From contig CAZSCX010000002.1 of the NCBI GenBank assembly GCA_964605545.1, positions 1 through 47,782 of the forward strand: 47,782 nt of DNA, read 5' to 3'. Shown here piece after piece: positions 31,212 through 38,915 of this stretch (position 1 is its first letter; each line of letters starts with the position of its first letter). Under the pieces are notes generated by a model. That model was not told the DNA's origin. It did not search any database and saw nothing but the letters and a program-made list of their open reading frames with translations. The stretch comes from an uncultured Gammaproteobacteria bacterium (lineage in GTDB: Bacteria; Patescibacteriota; Microgenomatia; UBA12405). The translations under genes were made by a program, and so were the position numbers.

Positions 31212-34143
31212 CTTTACACTTTTCCCCTATTTGATTAAATTCTAAATTAAGAATTCTATTATAAACATCTTTGATCAAAATTTTTAAATCAGATAAATCT
31301 TTTTCTTTTATTTCAATATTTTTCCTTTTGGTTTTTTTGATGTAATCGAGAACCCCTGAATTTATCTTATATTTAAATTGAGGACAATTGTCGGCTAAAA
31401 TTTTATAAAACAATATTTGTCTTTGATAATCATCATCGTTGTCACGTTTATCGGGATTGCCGGTTTTAAAATCAACAGCAATTGCGTGAAGATCTTTTTG
31501 AATTTCAATTTTGTCGATATTGCCGGTAATAGGAATATTGTCCAAATGAACATTAAAAGGTTTAAAACTAAATTCAGAAAGATTTTCGTTTTTAAAGGTG
31601 TCGAGGTATTTATCATAATAAAGAGATAGTTCGTCAAGGCCATTGGCCAATAAATTTTGAAATTCTTTTTTAATTAAATTTTCTTGTTTTAAATGTTTGG
31701 TAAAGGATTCTAAAAATTTCTTTTTGGATAAATTATTTTTTAGCAAATCAGAGAGAGCGGCGTGAACAGCGGTACCGTAAGAGGCATATTTATTTTTGGT
31801 TTGAGGAATTTTTAAAATTGTTTTGTAAAAAAAACAGAGAGGACATTTGAGATAAGAATTTAAATTGGTGGGGCTTAAAACATAATTTTCTTTTAAATAA
31901 GTTTTAAGATATTTTTCAAAATCGTTATCAGAAATTATTTGGGGATATTTTTGAAAATTAAAAAGAAGAGCCTTTCTGCCAAGCTCTGAAGAGGAAATAA
32001 TATTATTGATTAATTCCGGTTTAATTTCTGATAAAAATTGTGAAGGGGTAGTGGCACCATAAGATAAAAATAAATCTTTTTTGGCTCGGGTTAGAGCAAC
32101 ATAAAAAAGACGGCGGTCTTCTTCACTTAAATCATTTAAATCCTTATTGATTTCATATTTTAAAATACCCAAGGGTAGACGTAAATTATTATGATCACGA
32201 CTTTCACCCCAGCGAGCAGAAATAGTATTGATTACAAAAACATATTCGAATTCCAAACCCTTGGCCTTGTGAATTGTCATTAAATTGATTGAGTCGTTTA
32301 AGGTAATATCGGATTCGATTTCCAGGGGAATATTATTTTCGGAAAAGAGATCGAGGCGATAAATAAAATCTTTTAAATTAATATTTTTTTCGTAAGATAA
32401 TTTTTTGAGATGGTCATAAAAGGCATTAAATTTTTGAAGTAAATCAAAATTTTTACTTTTAATTATTTGTTTTAAAATTTTAAATTTGCGAATAATTTTA
32501 TTAAAAGCTTTATTTAAATTATAATTTTCTAAATATATTTTGGCTTTAGCAATTCTTTTTTCAAATTTTTTTATTTTTGAACAAGTTTTTCCGTATTTAT
32601 AGAAATCGTATAATTCCCGTTCTTTTAAGCCGATAAAATCAAAAGCGAGTATGGGAAAAAGTAATTCACCAGATGGGTTGTTAATATATTTTAAAAGAGT
32701 GATGAGTTGTTTAATTTTGATATCCGATAAAATATTATTGCCATTACTTAGGGTATATTTTATATTTAATTTTTCCAATAAAGGCAGCAAATCCAAAACA
32801 TCAGTATTGTTTCTGTAAATAACAGCGATTTCTTTTGGACTAACTTTTTGTTTAATTAACTCATGTATTTTTTGGGCGACAAAATAGTTTTCTTCCAGTT
32901 TACTTGATGAAGAAAATATGGTTATTGGTTTACTTGGATCATCAATGGCTGATTTTAGTGATTTGTCGATATCGGTTAAAAAGCCGGTGATACGATTTTT
33001 GTTTTTTTCGATGACACATTGAGAGCTGTCGAGAATGGTTTGGTGAGAGCGATAATTATTGTTGAGAGTAATTACTTTGGGTTTATATTTTTGGACAAAT
33101 TCATAAATATTTTCGAGATTGGCACCTTGAAATCTAAAAATTGATTGATCGTCGTCGCCGACAACAAAAAGATTTGGGATGTCGTCATTTTTGGTTAAAA
33201 GATTTAAAATTTCATTTTGAGAGGAATTGGCATCCTGATATTCGTCAACTAAAATATATTGGTATTTCTCCTGATAATCAAAAAGTAAATCAGCATCTTC
33301 GTTGAAAGAACGAATGGCAAAAAGAATTTGATCTTCGTAATCGTAACGATTAATTTCACTTAATATTTTTTGATATTTTTGATAGATTTTTTGAAGCTCA
33401 AATTGTTTGGGGATATTTTTTTCCAAATCCAAATAAAATTTTAATAAAGCATTCTTAAAATTAATTAAGGGATTTTTGGCCTTTCCAACATCAAAGACTC
33501 CTTGATCAAGTTGTATTTTTTTAAATTTTAGATAATTTAAAATTTCACTGTCGGCAAATTTTAAAATTTCGTTAAAAATCTCCAATGTTTCTTTGGGATG
33601 GGTTTTCAATTTTAAAAATAAATTGGTGGATTTTTTTAAAAATTCTTTTTGAATATCAATTAATTCAAATAATTTTTCCGGACTAATGTTTTCTCTTTTT
33701 AGAGTTTTAATATTATTGATTAAATCGTTTTGATAAAAATAGTTGTCACCCCAAGGTTTGAGAGGAGAATCATGAGGTAACTCATCGATAAGAGAGATAA
33801 TGATTTCCAGTCTTTCCAAATCGTCTAAGAGTTCAATATTGATTGCATTATTTTTGATAACTTCGGAGCAAAAAGAATGAAAGGTGTGAATACGGATTTT
33901 GTAGCCATCGGGACCGATGTATTTGACGAGACGGTCACGCATGTTTTTGACGGCATTGTTGGTAAAAGATAGACAGAGAATACTTTCGGGAGAAGTATCG
34001 GTTTTTGTCAAAATATGGGCAATCCTAGCGGCAATTGTTTGAGTTTTGCCGGTACCGGCACCGGCGAGTACCAAAACCGGACCATCAATAGCCTCCACAG
34101 CCTGAAGCTGTTTTGGATTGAGATTTTTTAGATATTCCGCCAT
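31177..34143 (-). CDS. UvrD/PcrA-type SF1 helicase fused to a C-terminal RecB/Cas4-like PD-(D/E)XK nuclease domain (988 aa)
   Basis: N-terminus LNPKQLQAVEAIDGPVLVLAGAGTGKT, DEYQD, and the later helicase motif VALTRAK. The C-terminal 250 aa carry SYLKCPLCFFYK, GNIDKIE...VDFKTG and YQRQILFYKIL (nuclease motifs I-III plus QxxxY). Confidence 0.88.
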   Translation of the reverse strand: MAEYLKNLNPKQLQAVEAIDGPVLVLAGAGTGKTQTIAARIAHILTKTDTSPESILCLSFTNNAVKNMRDRLVKYIGPDGYKIRIHTFHSFCSEVIKNNAINIELLDDLERLEIIISLIDELPHDSPLKPWGDNYFYQNDLINNIKTLKRENISPEKLFELIDIQKEFLKKSTNLFLKLKTHPKETLEIFNEILKFADSEILNYLKFKKIQLDQGVFDVGKAKNPLINFKNALLKFYLDLEKNIPKQFELQKIYQKYQKILSEINRYDYEDQILFAIRSFNEDADLLFDYQEKYQYILVDEYQDANSSQNEILNLLTKNDDIPNLFVVGDDDQSIFRFQGANLENIYEFVQKYKPKVITLNNNYRSHQTILDSSQCVIEKNKNRITGFLTDIDKSLKSAIDDPSKPITIFSSSSKLEENYFVAQKIHELIKQKVSPKEIAVIYRNNTDVLDLLPLLEKLNIKYTLSNGNNILSDIKIKQLITLLKYINNPSGELLFPILAFDFIGLKERELYDFYKYGKTCSKIKKFEKRIAKAKIYLENYNLNKAFNKIIRKFKILKQIIKSKNFDLLQKFNAFYDHLKKLSYEKNINLKDFIYRLDLFSENNIPLEIESDITLNDSINLMTIHKAKGLEFEYVFVINTISARWGESRDHNNLRLPLGILKYEINKDLNDLSEEDRRLFYVALTRAKKDLFLSYGATTPSQFLSEIKPELINNIISSSELGRKALLFNFQKYPQIISDNDFEKYLKTYLKENYVLSPTNLNSYLKCPLCFFYKTILKIPQTKNKYASYGTAVHAALSDLLKNNLSKKKFLESFTKHLKQENLIKKEFQNLLANGLDELSLYYDKYLDTFKNENLSEFSFKPFNVHLDNIPITGNIDKIEIQKDLHAIAVDFKTGNPDKRDNDDDYQRQILFYKILADNCPQFKYKINSGVLDYIKKTKRKNIEIKEKDLSDLKILIKDVYNRILNLEFNQIGEKCKDENHIHQFQKV

Positions 34144-34152
34144 TACTTTATT

Positions 34153-34332
34153 TTAGCAAGTTATTGATGTGGACTTCAAAACTCTGGACTTTATTAAAAA
34201 GTTTTTCATTTCTTCTGGAGTCATTTTGTGCATTCTTCTCTCAAGATCCATATATTCAGGGTTGCATCCTTCGCACTCTGACTGACAACCATTACAATTA
34301 TCCCTTTCTAAACACTTTTCATGCTTCATCAT
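34153..34332 (-). CDS. Untracked 59-codon cysteine-rich ORF (MMKHEKCLERDNCNGCQSECEGCNPEYMDLERRMHKMTPEEMKNFLIKSRVLKSTSITC)
   Basis: It is one codon below the apparent 60-aa track cutoff. GGAGGTG (34345-34339) lies 6 nt upstream of the ATG, and the TAA stop is 9 nt before the helicase-nuclease ATG. The Cys pattern is Cx5CxxCxxxCxxC. The opposing 72-aa plus-strand ORF has no comparable signals. Confidence 0.55.
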   Translation of the reverse strand: MMKHEKCLERDNCNGCQSECEGCNPEYMDLERRMHKMTPEEMKNFLIKSRVLKSTSITC

Positions 34333-34398
34333 TTTTTACACCTCCAAAAGAAAATATTAATATTTGGATTTTCTTTCAGTAAATACTGATTCGTAATC

Positions 34399-34407
34399 AT
34401 TGTAACA
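34399..34407 (-). promoter_or_regulatory. Extended -10 promoter TGtTACAAT for the Cys-rich ORF / helicase operon (about 60-nt leader)
   Basis: The minus strand reads tacaTGtTACAATgattacg. Confidence 0.4.
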
Positions 34408-34448
34408 TGTAGACAAGTGATAAATCAGCTTATTTATTGTTAATTATT

Positions 34449-34474
34449 GCCAAATATAGGCTAATATATTTGGC
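34449..34474. repeat. Perfect 10-bp inverted repeat GCCAAATATA-N6-TATATTTGGC in the divergent intergenic region
   Basis: Read directly from the sequence. It lies 43 nt upstream of the transposase-like ATG (34517). Confidence 0.85.
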
Positions 34475-34516
34475 CATTACCCTATTTTAACAAAAATACA
34501 ATTGGTATTATTAATC

Positions 34517-35140
34517 ATGTTACCAAAAAGAAAATTTGTCCGATGGCAAGGATATGATTATTCCCAATCGGGATATTATTTTGTAACAATTTGTACCCAA
34601 AACCGAAAATGTATGTTTATTGATTCCGTAGGGGCGGACCGATGTGTCCGCCCGTCGATGGAATTGACGAATCCATGTGTCCGCCCGTCGATGGAAACAA
34701 ATCATTGCCCGTCGATGGAAAATATTCACACAAAAACAAAATTAAATGATGTAGGCAAAATGATTGATTATTGGTGGAATGAATTACCAAAACATTTTGA
34801 AAACATTGAATTGGATGATTATGTAATAATGCCAAACCATATACACGCAATAATTATTATTCGTAATGATTCATGCGGGCGGACACATCCGAATGTATGC
34901 GGGGCGACACATCGGTCGCCCCCTACGACGTTGGGTAATATAATTCAATGGTTTAAAACGATGGCGACAAATGAATATATTCGAAATGTAAAAACAAAAA
35001 AATGGCCAATATTTGTAAAACGAATATTCCAAATAAATTATTATGAACACGTGATTAAATCCGAAAAAAGATATTTGATTATAAAAAATTATATAAAAAA
35101 TAATCCTGTAAATTGGGAAAACGATATTTTATTTCAATAA
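34517..35140 (+). CDS. IS200/IS605-type Y1 (HUH) transposase-like protein, RAYT-like, single copy without recognisable IS ends
   Basis: GYDYSQSGYYFVTICTQNRKCMF, the HUH motif IMPNHIHAIIII, TLGNIIQWFKTMATNEY, and the catalytic-Tyr region QINYYEHVI. The track start at 34502 is TTG; ATG 34517 lies 14 nt after a TACAAT box (34497-34502). Confidence 0.85.
   Translation: MLPKRKFVRWQGYDYSQSGYYFVTICTQNRKCMFIDSVGADRCVRPSMELTNPCVRPSMETNHCPSMENIHTKTKLNDVGKMIDYWWNELPKHFENIELDDYVIMPNHIHAIIIIRNDSCGRTHPNVCGATHRSPPTTLGNIIQWFKTMATNEYIRNVKTKKWPIFVKRIFQINYYEHVIKSEKRYLIIKNYIKNNPVNWENDILFQ
34628..34926. repeat. GC-rich hairpins, an inverted repeat pair and 33/24-bp tandem repeats embedded in frame in the transposase-like ORF
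   Basis: Hairpin L is GGGCGGAC-cgatgt-GTCCGCCC (34632-34653). Hairpin R is GGGGCGAC-acatcg-GTCGCCCC (34901-34922). The 26-nt blocks 34628-34653 and 34901-34926 are inverted copies (22/26). ATGTGTCCGCCCGTCGATGGAA occurs at 34642 and 34675, GCCCGTCGATGGAA occurs again at 34707, and GGGCGGACACAT occurs at 34877. Confidence 0.9.
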
Positions 35141-36529
35141 TTTTTCTAATATTTCTTTGGCGAGGGAGGGATTGGCGGAGCCGGAGGAAACTTTCATTAA
35201 TTGGCCGATTAAAAAGCCAATAGAGTTGGGATTCTTTATGTAATCCTGCACGGCTTTGGGGTTGTCGGCGATAATTTTTTTGGCAATTTCTTCAATGACA
35301 CCAGTATCGGAATTTTGTAAAAGATTTTTGGATTTGGCTATGTCGAGGGGATTTTGGTCACTTTCGTAGGATTCTAAAATTATCTGTTTGACAACAGTTG
35401 ATGAAATTTCATTTTTGTTTAATGATTCAATTATATCTTTGAAATAGACAGAATTTATTTTGTTTATATCAAGATCTTTTTTAAGCGGGCCTAAAAATAA
35501 ATTGGAGATTTGTTTGGCAAAATTGATATTATCACCGACGGCTTTTTCAAAACAAAGGGCAAAATTTTTATTGCTAACAAGACTTTCGGCGTCAATTTGA
35601 GAAATACCCCAATTTATATATTTCTTAATTTTGATATCGGGTAATTCGGGAATATTTTTGTCATATTGATAATCGATAAAAGGTGGAATATCTGGCTCGG
35701 GAAAATAACGATAATCATCACTTCCCTCTTTTTCTCTTTGAATAAAAGTTCTTTTGTGATCTGCATCCCAACCACGAGTTGTTTTTCCGCCAGCGGGTGG
35801 GTTGTCTTTTTCCTGATGAGTTTTGGTAAAGTCATCAGTTTGTCTTTTTATTTCAAAATTTATCGCATCTAAAACTCCCGATAATCCGGCAATATTTTTG
35901 ACTTCAACTAAGGGGGTAAAAAATGTTTTATCACCATCTTCTATTTTTAAATTTATTGTCGGCTCACAACGCATGGAGCCTTTTTCAATATCGGCATCGG
36001 AAATTTCTAGATAACGAACTATCTGTTGTAAACGGATTAAATATTTTTTGGCGATTTCGGCTGAGGTTATATCCGGCTCGGAAACAATTTCGACCAATGG
36101 CACACCAGCACGATTAAAGTCGACTTTAGTTTCATTGTTTTCATGAATATTTTTACCGGCATCTTCTTCCATATGAGCCCGATTGATTCTTATTTTTTGG
36201 CCATCAATTTCTAGATAACCATTAATGCAAAATGGTTTAAGCGATTGGGTTATTTGATAACCTTTTGGTAAATCTGGATAAAAATAATGTTTGCGCTCAA
36301 AAAAAGATATTTTGTTTATTTCGCAATTTAGAGCAAGTCCCAGCTTTATACAATAACCAATGGCAGTTTCGTTTGGAGTTGGGAGAGTACCGGGGAGACC
36401 AAGACAAACCGGACAAGTATGGGTATTGGCTTTGGCTTGAAAATGAGAGGCGCTACAAGCGCAAAACATTTTTGATAAGGTGTTTAATTCAATATGGACT
36501 TCAAGTCCTATTATTGGTGTTACTTTCAT
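35129..36529 (-). CDS. gatB: Asp/Glu-tRNA(Asn/Gln) amidotransferase subunit B
   Basis: MKVTPIIGLEVHIELNT...CPVCLGLPGTLP, 466 aa, last gene of the gatCAB cluster. Confidence 0.95.
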   Translation of the reverse strand: MKVTPIIGLEVHIELNTLSKMFCACSASHFQAKANTHTCPVCLGLPGTLPTPNETAIGYCIKLGLALNCEINKISFFERKHYFYPDLPKGYQITQSLKPFCINGYLEIDGQKIRINRAHMEEDAGKNIHENNETKVDFNRAGVPLVEIVSEPDITSAEIAKKYLIRLQQIVRYLEISDADIEKGSMRCEPTINLKIEDGDKTFFTPLVEVKNIAGLSGVLDAINFEIKRQTDDFTKTHQEKDNPPAGGKTTRGWDADHKRTFIQREKEGSDDYRYFPEPDIPPFIDYQYDKNIPELPDIKIKKYINWGISQIDAESLVSNKNFALCFEKAVGDNINFAKQISNLFLGPLKKDLDINKINSVYFKDIIESLNKNEISSTVVKQIILESYESDQNPLDIAKSKNLLQNSDTGVIEEIAKKIIADNPKAVQDYIKNPNSIGFLIGQLMKVSSGSANPSLAKEILEKLLK

Positions 36530-37736
36530 ATTGAAGTCCTAAATTGATAATTAAGTTTTCAGAAAGGGCAGGGCCGATTATCTGGAAACCGACGGGTAGT
36601 TTGCCAACAAATCCGCAAGGAATAGACATTCCCGGGAGACCGGCAAGAGTACTTGGTTCGACTAATTGATCAGCTTTTTCGCCATACATTGGGTCATTTT
36701 TTGATGAACCAATTTTTTGAGCAAGGGTGGGAGTGGTAGGAGAAATAATTAAATCAATTTTTTCCTGATTAAATTTTTTATCAAAATCTTGAGCAATTAA
36801 ATTTCTGACTTTTAAGGCTTTGGTGTAATAAGCGTCATAATAACCTGCCGATAAGGTGTGAGTACCAAGAAGTATGCGGCGTTGATTTTCTAAATTAAAA
36901 TTTTCTCTGGTATTACCATAACGAATACCATCAAACCGAGATAAATTACTGGATACTTCAGATCTTTGAAGAATGGTATAGACAGCAATGGAAATGGAGG
37001 GATCCATCATATCGATTTCTACAATTTCGTGGCCTAAACTTTCAAATATTTTTTTGGCGTCGTTAAATTTTTCCAAAATTTCAGGACTAACTATTTTTAA
37101 ATAAGATTTGGGAATTCCCAATTTTAATTTCGGTCCAACGGTTGATGGATTCTTTACAAATTTAAATGGAGATAAAGGTAGTGATGTTGCATCATGAGGG
37201 TCGTGACCAGAAATTACTTCCAAAACTTTGGCGGCGTTGGTAACATTGTTGGCAATAACGCCAGGGCAATCCATACTGGAAGCCATAGCAATTATTCCAT
37301 AACGAGAAACCAGACCATATGTCGGCTTGAGGCCAACAACACCGCACCAAGCAGATGGCTGACGAATAGACCCGGCAGTTTCGGTGCCAATAGCTACATC
37401 GACAAGGCCAGCGCCAACAGCGGCAGCAGAACCACCGGAAGAACCGCCAGGAAGGTAATCAAAATCATGAGGATTATGGGTAACACCAAAATCAGAATTT
37501 TCAGTAGACGAACCATGGGCAAAAGCATCAAGATTCGTTTTGCCTATAATTGAATAACCATTTTTTTCTAATCTGTCGACTAAAGTTGCGTTATATGGAG
37601 GAAAATAATTTTCTAAAACTTTCGAACCGGCAGTAGTTTTTATATTTTTGGTACAAATATTATCTTTAATGGCAATTGGAATTCCCGAAGAGGGTTTATC
37701 GACAATAGTTATAAAGGCGTTTAATTTATTATCCAT
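36501..37736 (-). CDS. gatA: Glutamyl-tRNA(Gln) amidotransferase subunit A (short N-terminus)
   Basis: Amidase signature GGSSGGSAAAV and IPIAIKDNI. I prefer ATG 37736 (MDNKLNAFITIV, 8-nt overlap with gatC) over the track start 37772 (44-nt overlap); both are ATG. Confidence 0.88.
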   Translation of the reverse strand: MDNKLNAFITIVDKPSSGIPIAIKDNICTKNIKTTAGSKVLENYFPPYNATLVDRLEKNGYSIIGKTNLDAFAHGSSTENSDFGVTHNPHDFDYLPGGSSGGSAAAVGAGLVDVAIGTETAGSIRQPSAWCGVVGLKPTYGLVSRYGIIAMASSMDCPGVIANNVTNAAKVLEVISGHDPHDATSLPLSPFKFVKNPSTVGPKLKLGIPKSYLKIVSPEILEKFNDAKKIFESLGHEIVEIDMMDPSISIAVYTILQRSEVSSNLSRFDGIRYGNTRENFNLENQRRILLGTHTLSAGYYDAYYTKALKVRNLIAQDFDKKFNQEKIDLIISPTTPTLAQKIGSSKNDPMYGEKADQLVEPSTLAGLPGMSIPCGFVGKLPVGFQIIGPALSENLIINLGLQYESNTNNRT

Positions 37737-37980
37737 TTTTATTGATGACGGCTTTGGTAACAAAATAACCATCTTTTATTGGCGGGGTTTCAATAACTTT
37801 ATCTTCCCGATAAACATTTTTTAGACTATTAACCTGATAAAGCGGTTCGACATTGTTGGTGTTTATTTTTTCTAAAACTTCAAAGTGAGAAGTGATACTT
37901 TCCAAATCTTTTAGGAGATTGTTATTTTCTTTTATTGGTAGATTGGCTAATTTTGATAATTTAGCAATGTCTAGACTCAT
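37729..37980 (-). CDS. gatC: Glutamyl-tRNA(Gln) amidotransferase subunit C
   Basis: 83 aa, IAKLSKLANLPIKEN...VEPLYQV, positioned immediately upstream of gatA. Confidence 0.9.
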   Translation of the reverse strand: MSLDIAKLSKLANLPIKENNNLLKDLESITSHFEVLEKINTNNVEPLYQVNSLKNVYREDKVIETPPIKDGYFVTKAVINKNG

Positions 37981-38912
37981 AGATGTAGTTTAGCTTTAAA
38001 GCGTAAAATTTTCCAGCGTATAAAATCGGTAAAAATAAATAATTTATACATAATTGGATTGATAATATAATCATAGGTACCAACAAATTTTACCAGTTCA
38101 CCGCCATAACCCATTTTAAAACGATGGAATCCAAATCCAAGATCTCCTTCTTTGGCATCGGGAGAAAGGGCACCCCACATATCAAATAATTTACATTTTT
38201 CTTTCTTTCCCCATTTAATTACTTCCCACATGAGTAAATTTGGAGCCATAACTTGACGGTTATTGTCTGATGAAGCTCCATAGGGATAATAAATTTTATC
38301 TTTATATTTAAAAATCATAAAAGCCGATAAGACTTGATTTTGATATTTTGCCAAAAAAATATGAGGGATATCTGAACCTTTTAGGGAATCCCAAAGATTT
38401 TGATGATATTGTTGGTTGTGAATAAAAAATCCCTGTCTTTTGCCTGTTTCTGCTAAAAGCTTGAGATAGGCGGTAAAACCTGTTTGATTAGTTTGTTCTT
38501 CAATTTTGACTCCGTGGCGGGCGGCAACTTTAATATTGTAGCGAGTTTTGGGATGCATATTTTCCAATAATTTTTCTTCACTAGGAGTTAAATCAAGAAA
38601 GATTGAATGAGGATAAAAATTAACCTTGGGGGAAGAAACTAGATTTTTGAAATTATAGACTTCCGTATTTTTTGCCAAAACATTTGGTTCGATTTTTACA
38701 AAAATAACTTTTTCTTTTTGACAAATTGGTCTAATTTCATCAAGCATTGACTGAGTAATTTGAGGACCACGAAGAATAGTGCCTATTTTGTGCGGTATTT
38801 TTGGAAGATGGTGAAGAACTAAAATATAATCTTTAAAAGAAAAAACGAGATGGCCTTGTTTTTTTTGAAACTCTGCCCACTCTTTGGAATGAAGTGGATG
38901 ATTAATGCTCAT
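37977..38912 (-). CDS. FemAB/FemX-family aminoacyl-tRNA-dependent peptidoglycan interpeptide-bridge transferase
   Basis: SKEWAEFQKKQGH, TRYNIKVAARHGV, and IFLAKYQNQVLSAFMIFKYKDKIYYPYGASS...APNLLMWEVIKWGKKEKCKLFDMWG fit the FemX/MurM-type fold. Confidence 0.82.
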   Translation of the reverse strand: MSINHPLHSKEWAEFQKKQGHLVFSFKDYILVLHHLPKIPHKIGTILRGPQITQSMLDEIRPICQKEKVIFVKIEPNVLAKNTEVYNFKNLVSSPKVNFYPHSIFLDLTPSEEKLLENMHPKTRYNIKVAARHGVKIEEQTNQTGFTAYLKLLAETGKRQGFFIHNQQYHQNLWDSLKGSDIPHIFLAKYQNQVLSAFMIFKYKDKIYYPYGASSDNNRQVMAPNLLMWEVIKWGKKEKCKLFDMWGALSPDAKEGDLGFGFHRFKMGYGGELVKFVGTYDYIINPIMYKLFIFTDFIRWKILRFKAKLHL

Positions 38913-38915
38913 ACA

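Noticed and set aside
34153-34332. Cys-rich small ORF as a SCIFF-like or other RiPP precursor
   Set aside because: The Cys cluster is N-terminal rather than in a C-terminal core. No radical-SAM maturase, protease or transporter is adjacent, and the only radical-SAM gene is a tRNA/protein methylthiotransferase 31 kb away. I keep it as a metal-binding small protein hypothesis instead.
34164-34382. 72-aa plus-strand ORF from the track in the helicase / transposase intergenic region
   Set aside because: It has no promoter or RBS signal and a low-complexity hydrophobic translation. It is the mirror of the minus-strand 59-codon Cys-rich ORF, which has a strong GGAGGTG RBS and abuts the helicase start, so I call the minus-strand ORF instead.
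34642-34720. Tandem GC-rich repeats with 33-bp and 24-bp periods, considered as a mini CRISPR array
   Set aside because: There are only 2.5 copies and the intervening unique segments are 10-11 bp. The repeats are in frame inside a Y1 transposase-like ORF and no cas genes are present. I interpret them as REP-like or hairpin repeats, not CRISPR.
36501-37772. Longer 5' extensions given by the ORF track for gatA (ATG 37772), the YYY protein (TTG 42946), the LPASG protein (TTG 1762), the 89-aa ORF (GTG 21377) and the transposase-like ORF (TTG 34502)
   Set aside because: The extensions create long overlaps with upstream genes, use non-ATG codons, or run through predicted -10 boxes. The internal ATGs give N-termini that fit the protein families (signal peptide, NAFITIV, GYDYSQ context). 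This is uncertain without homolog alignment.
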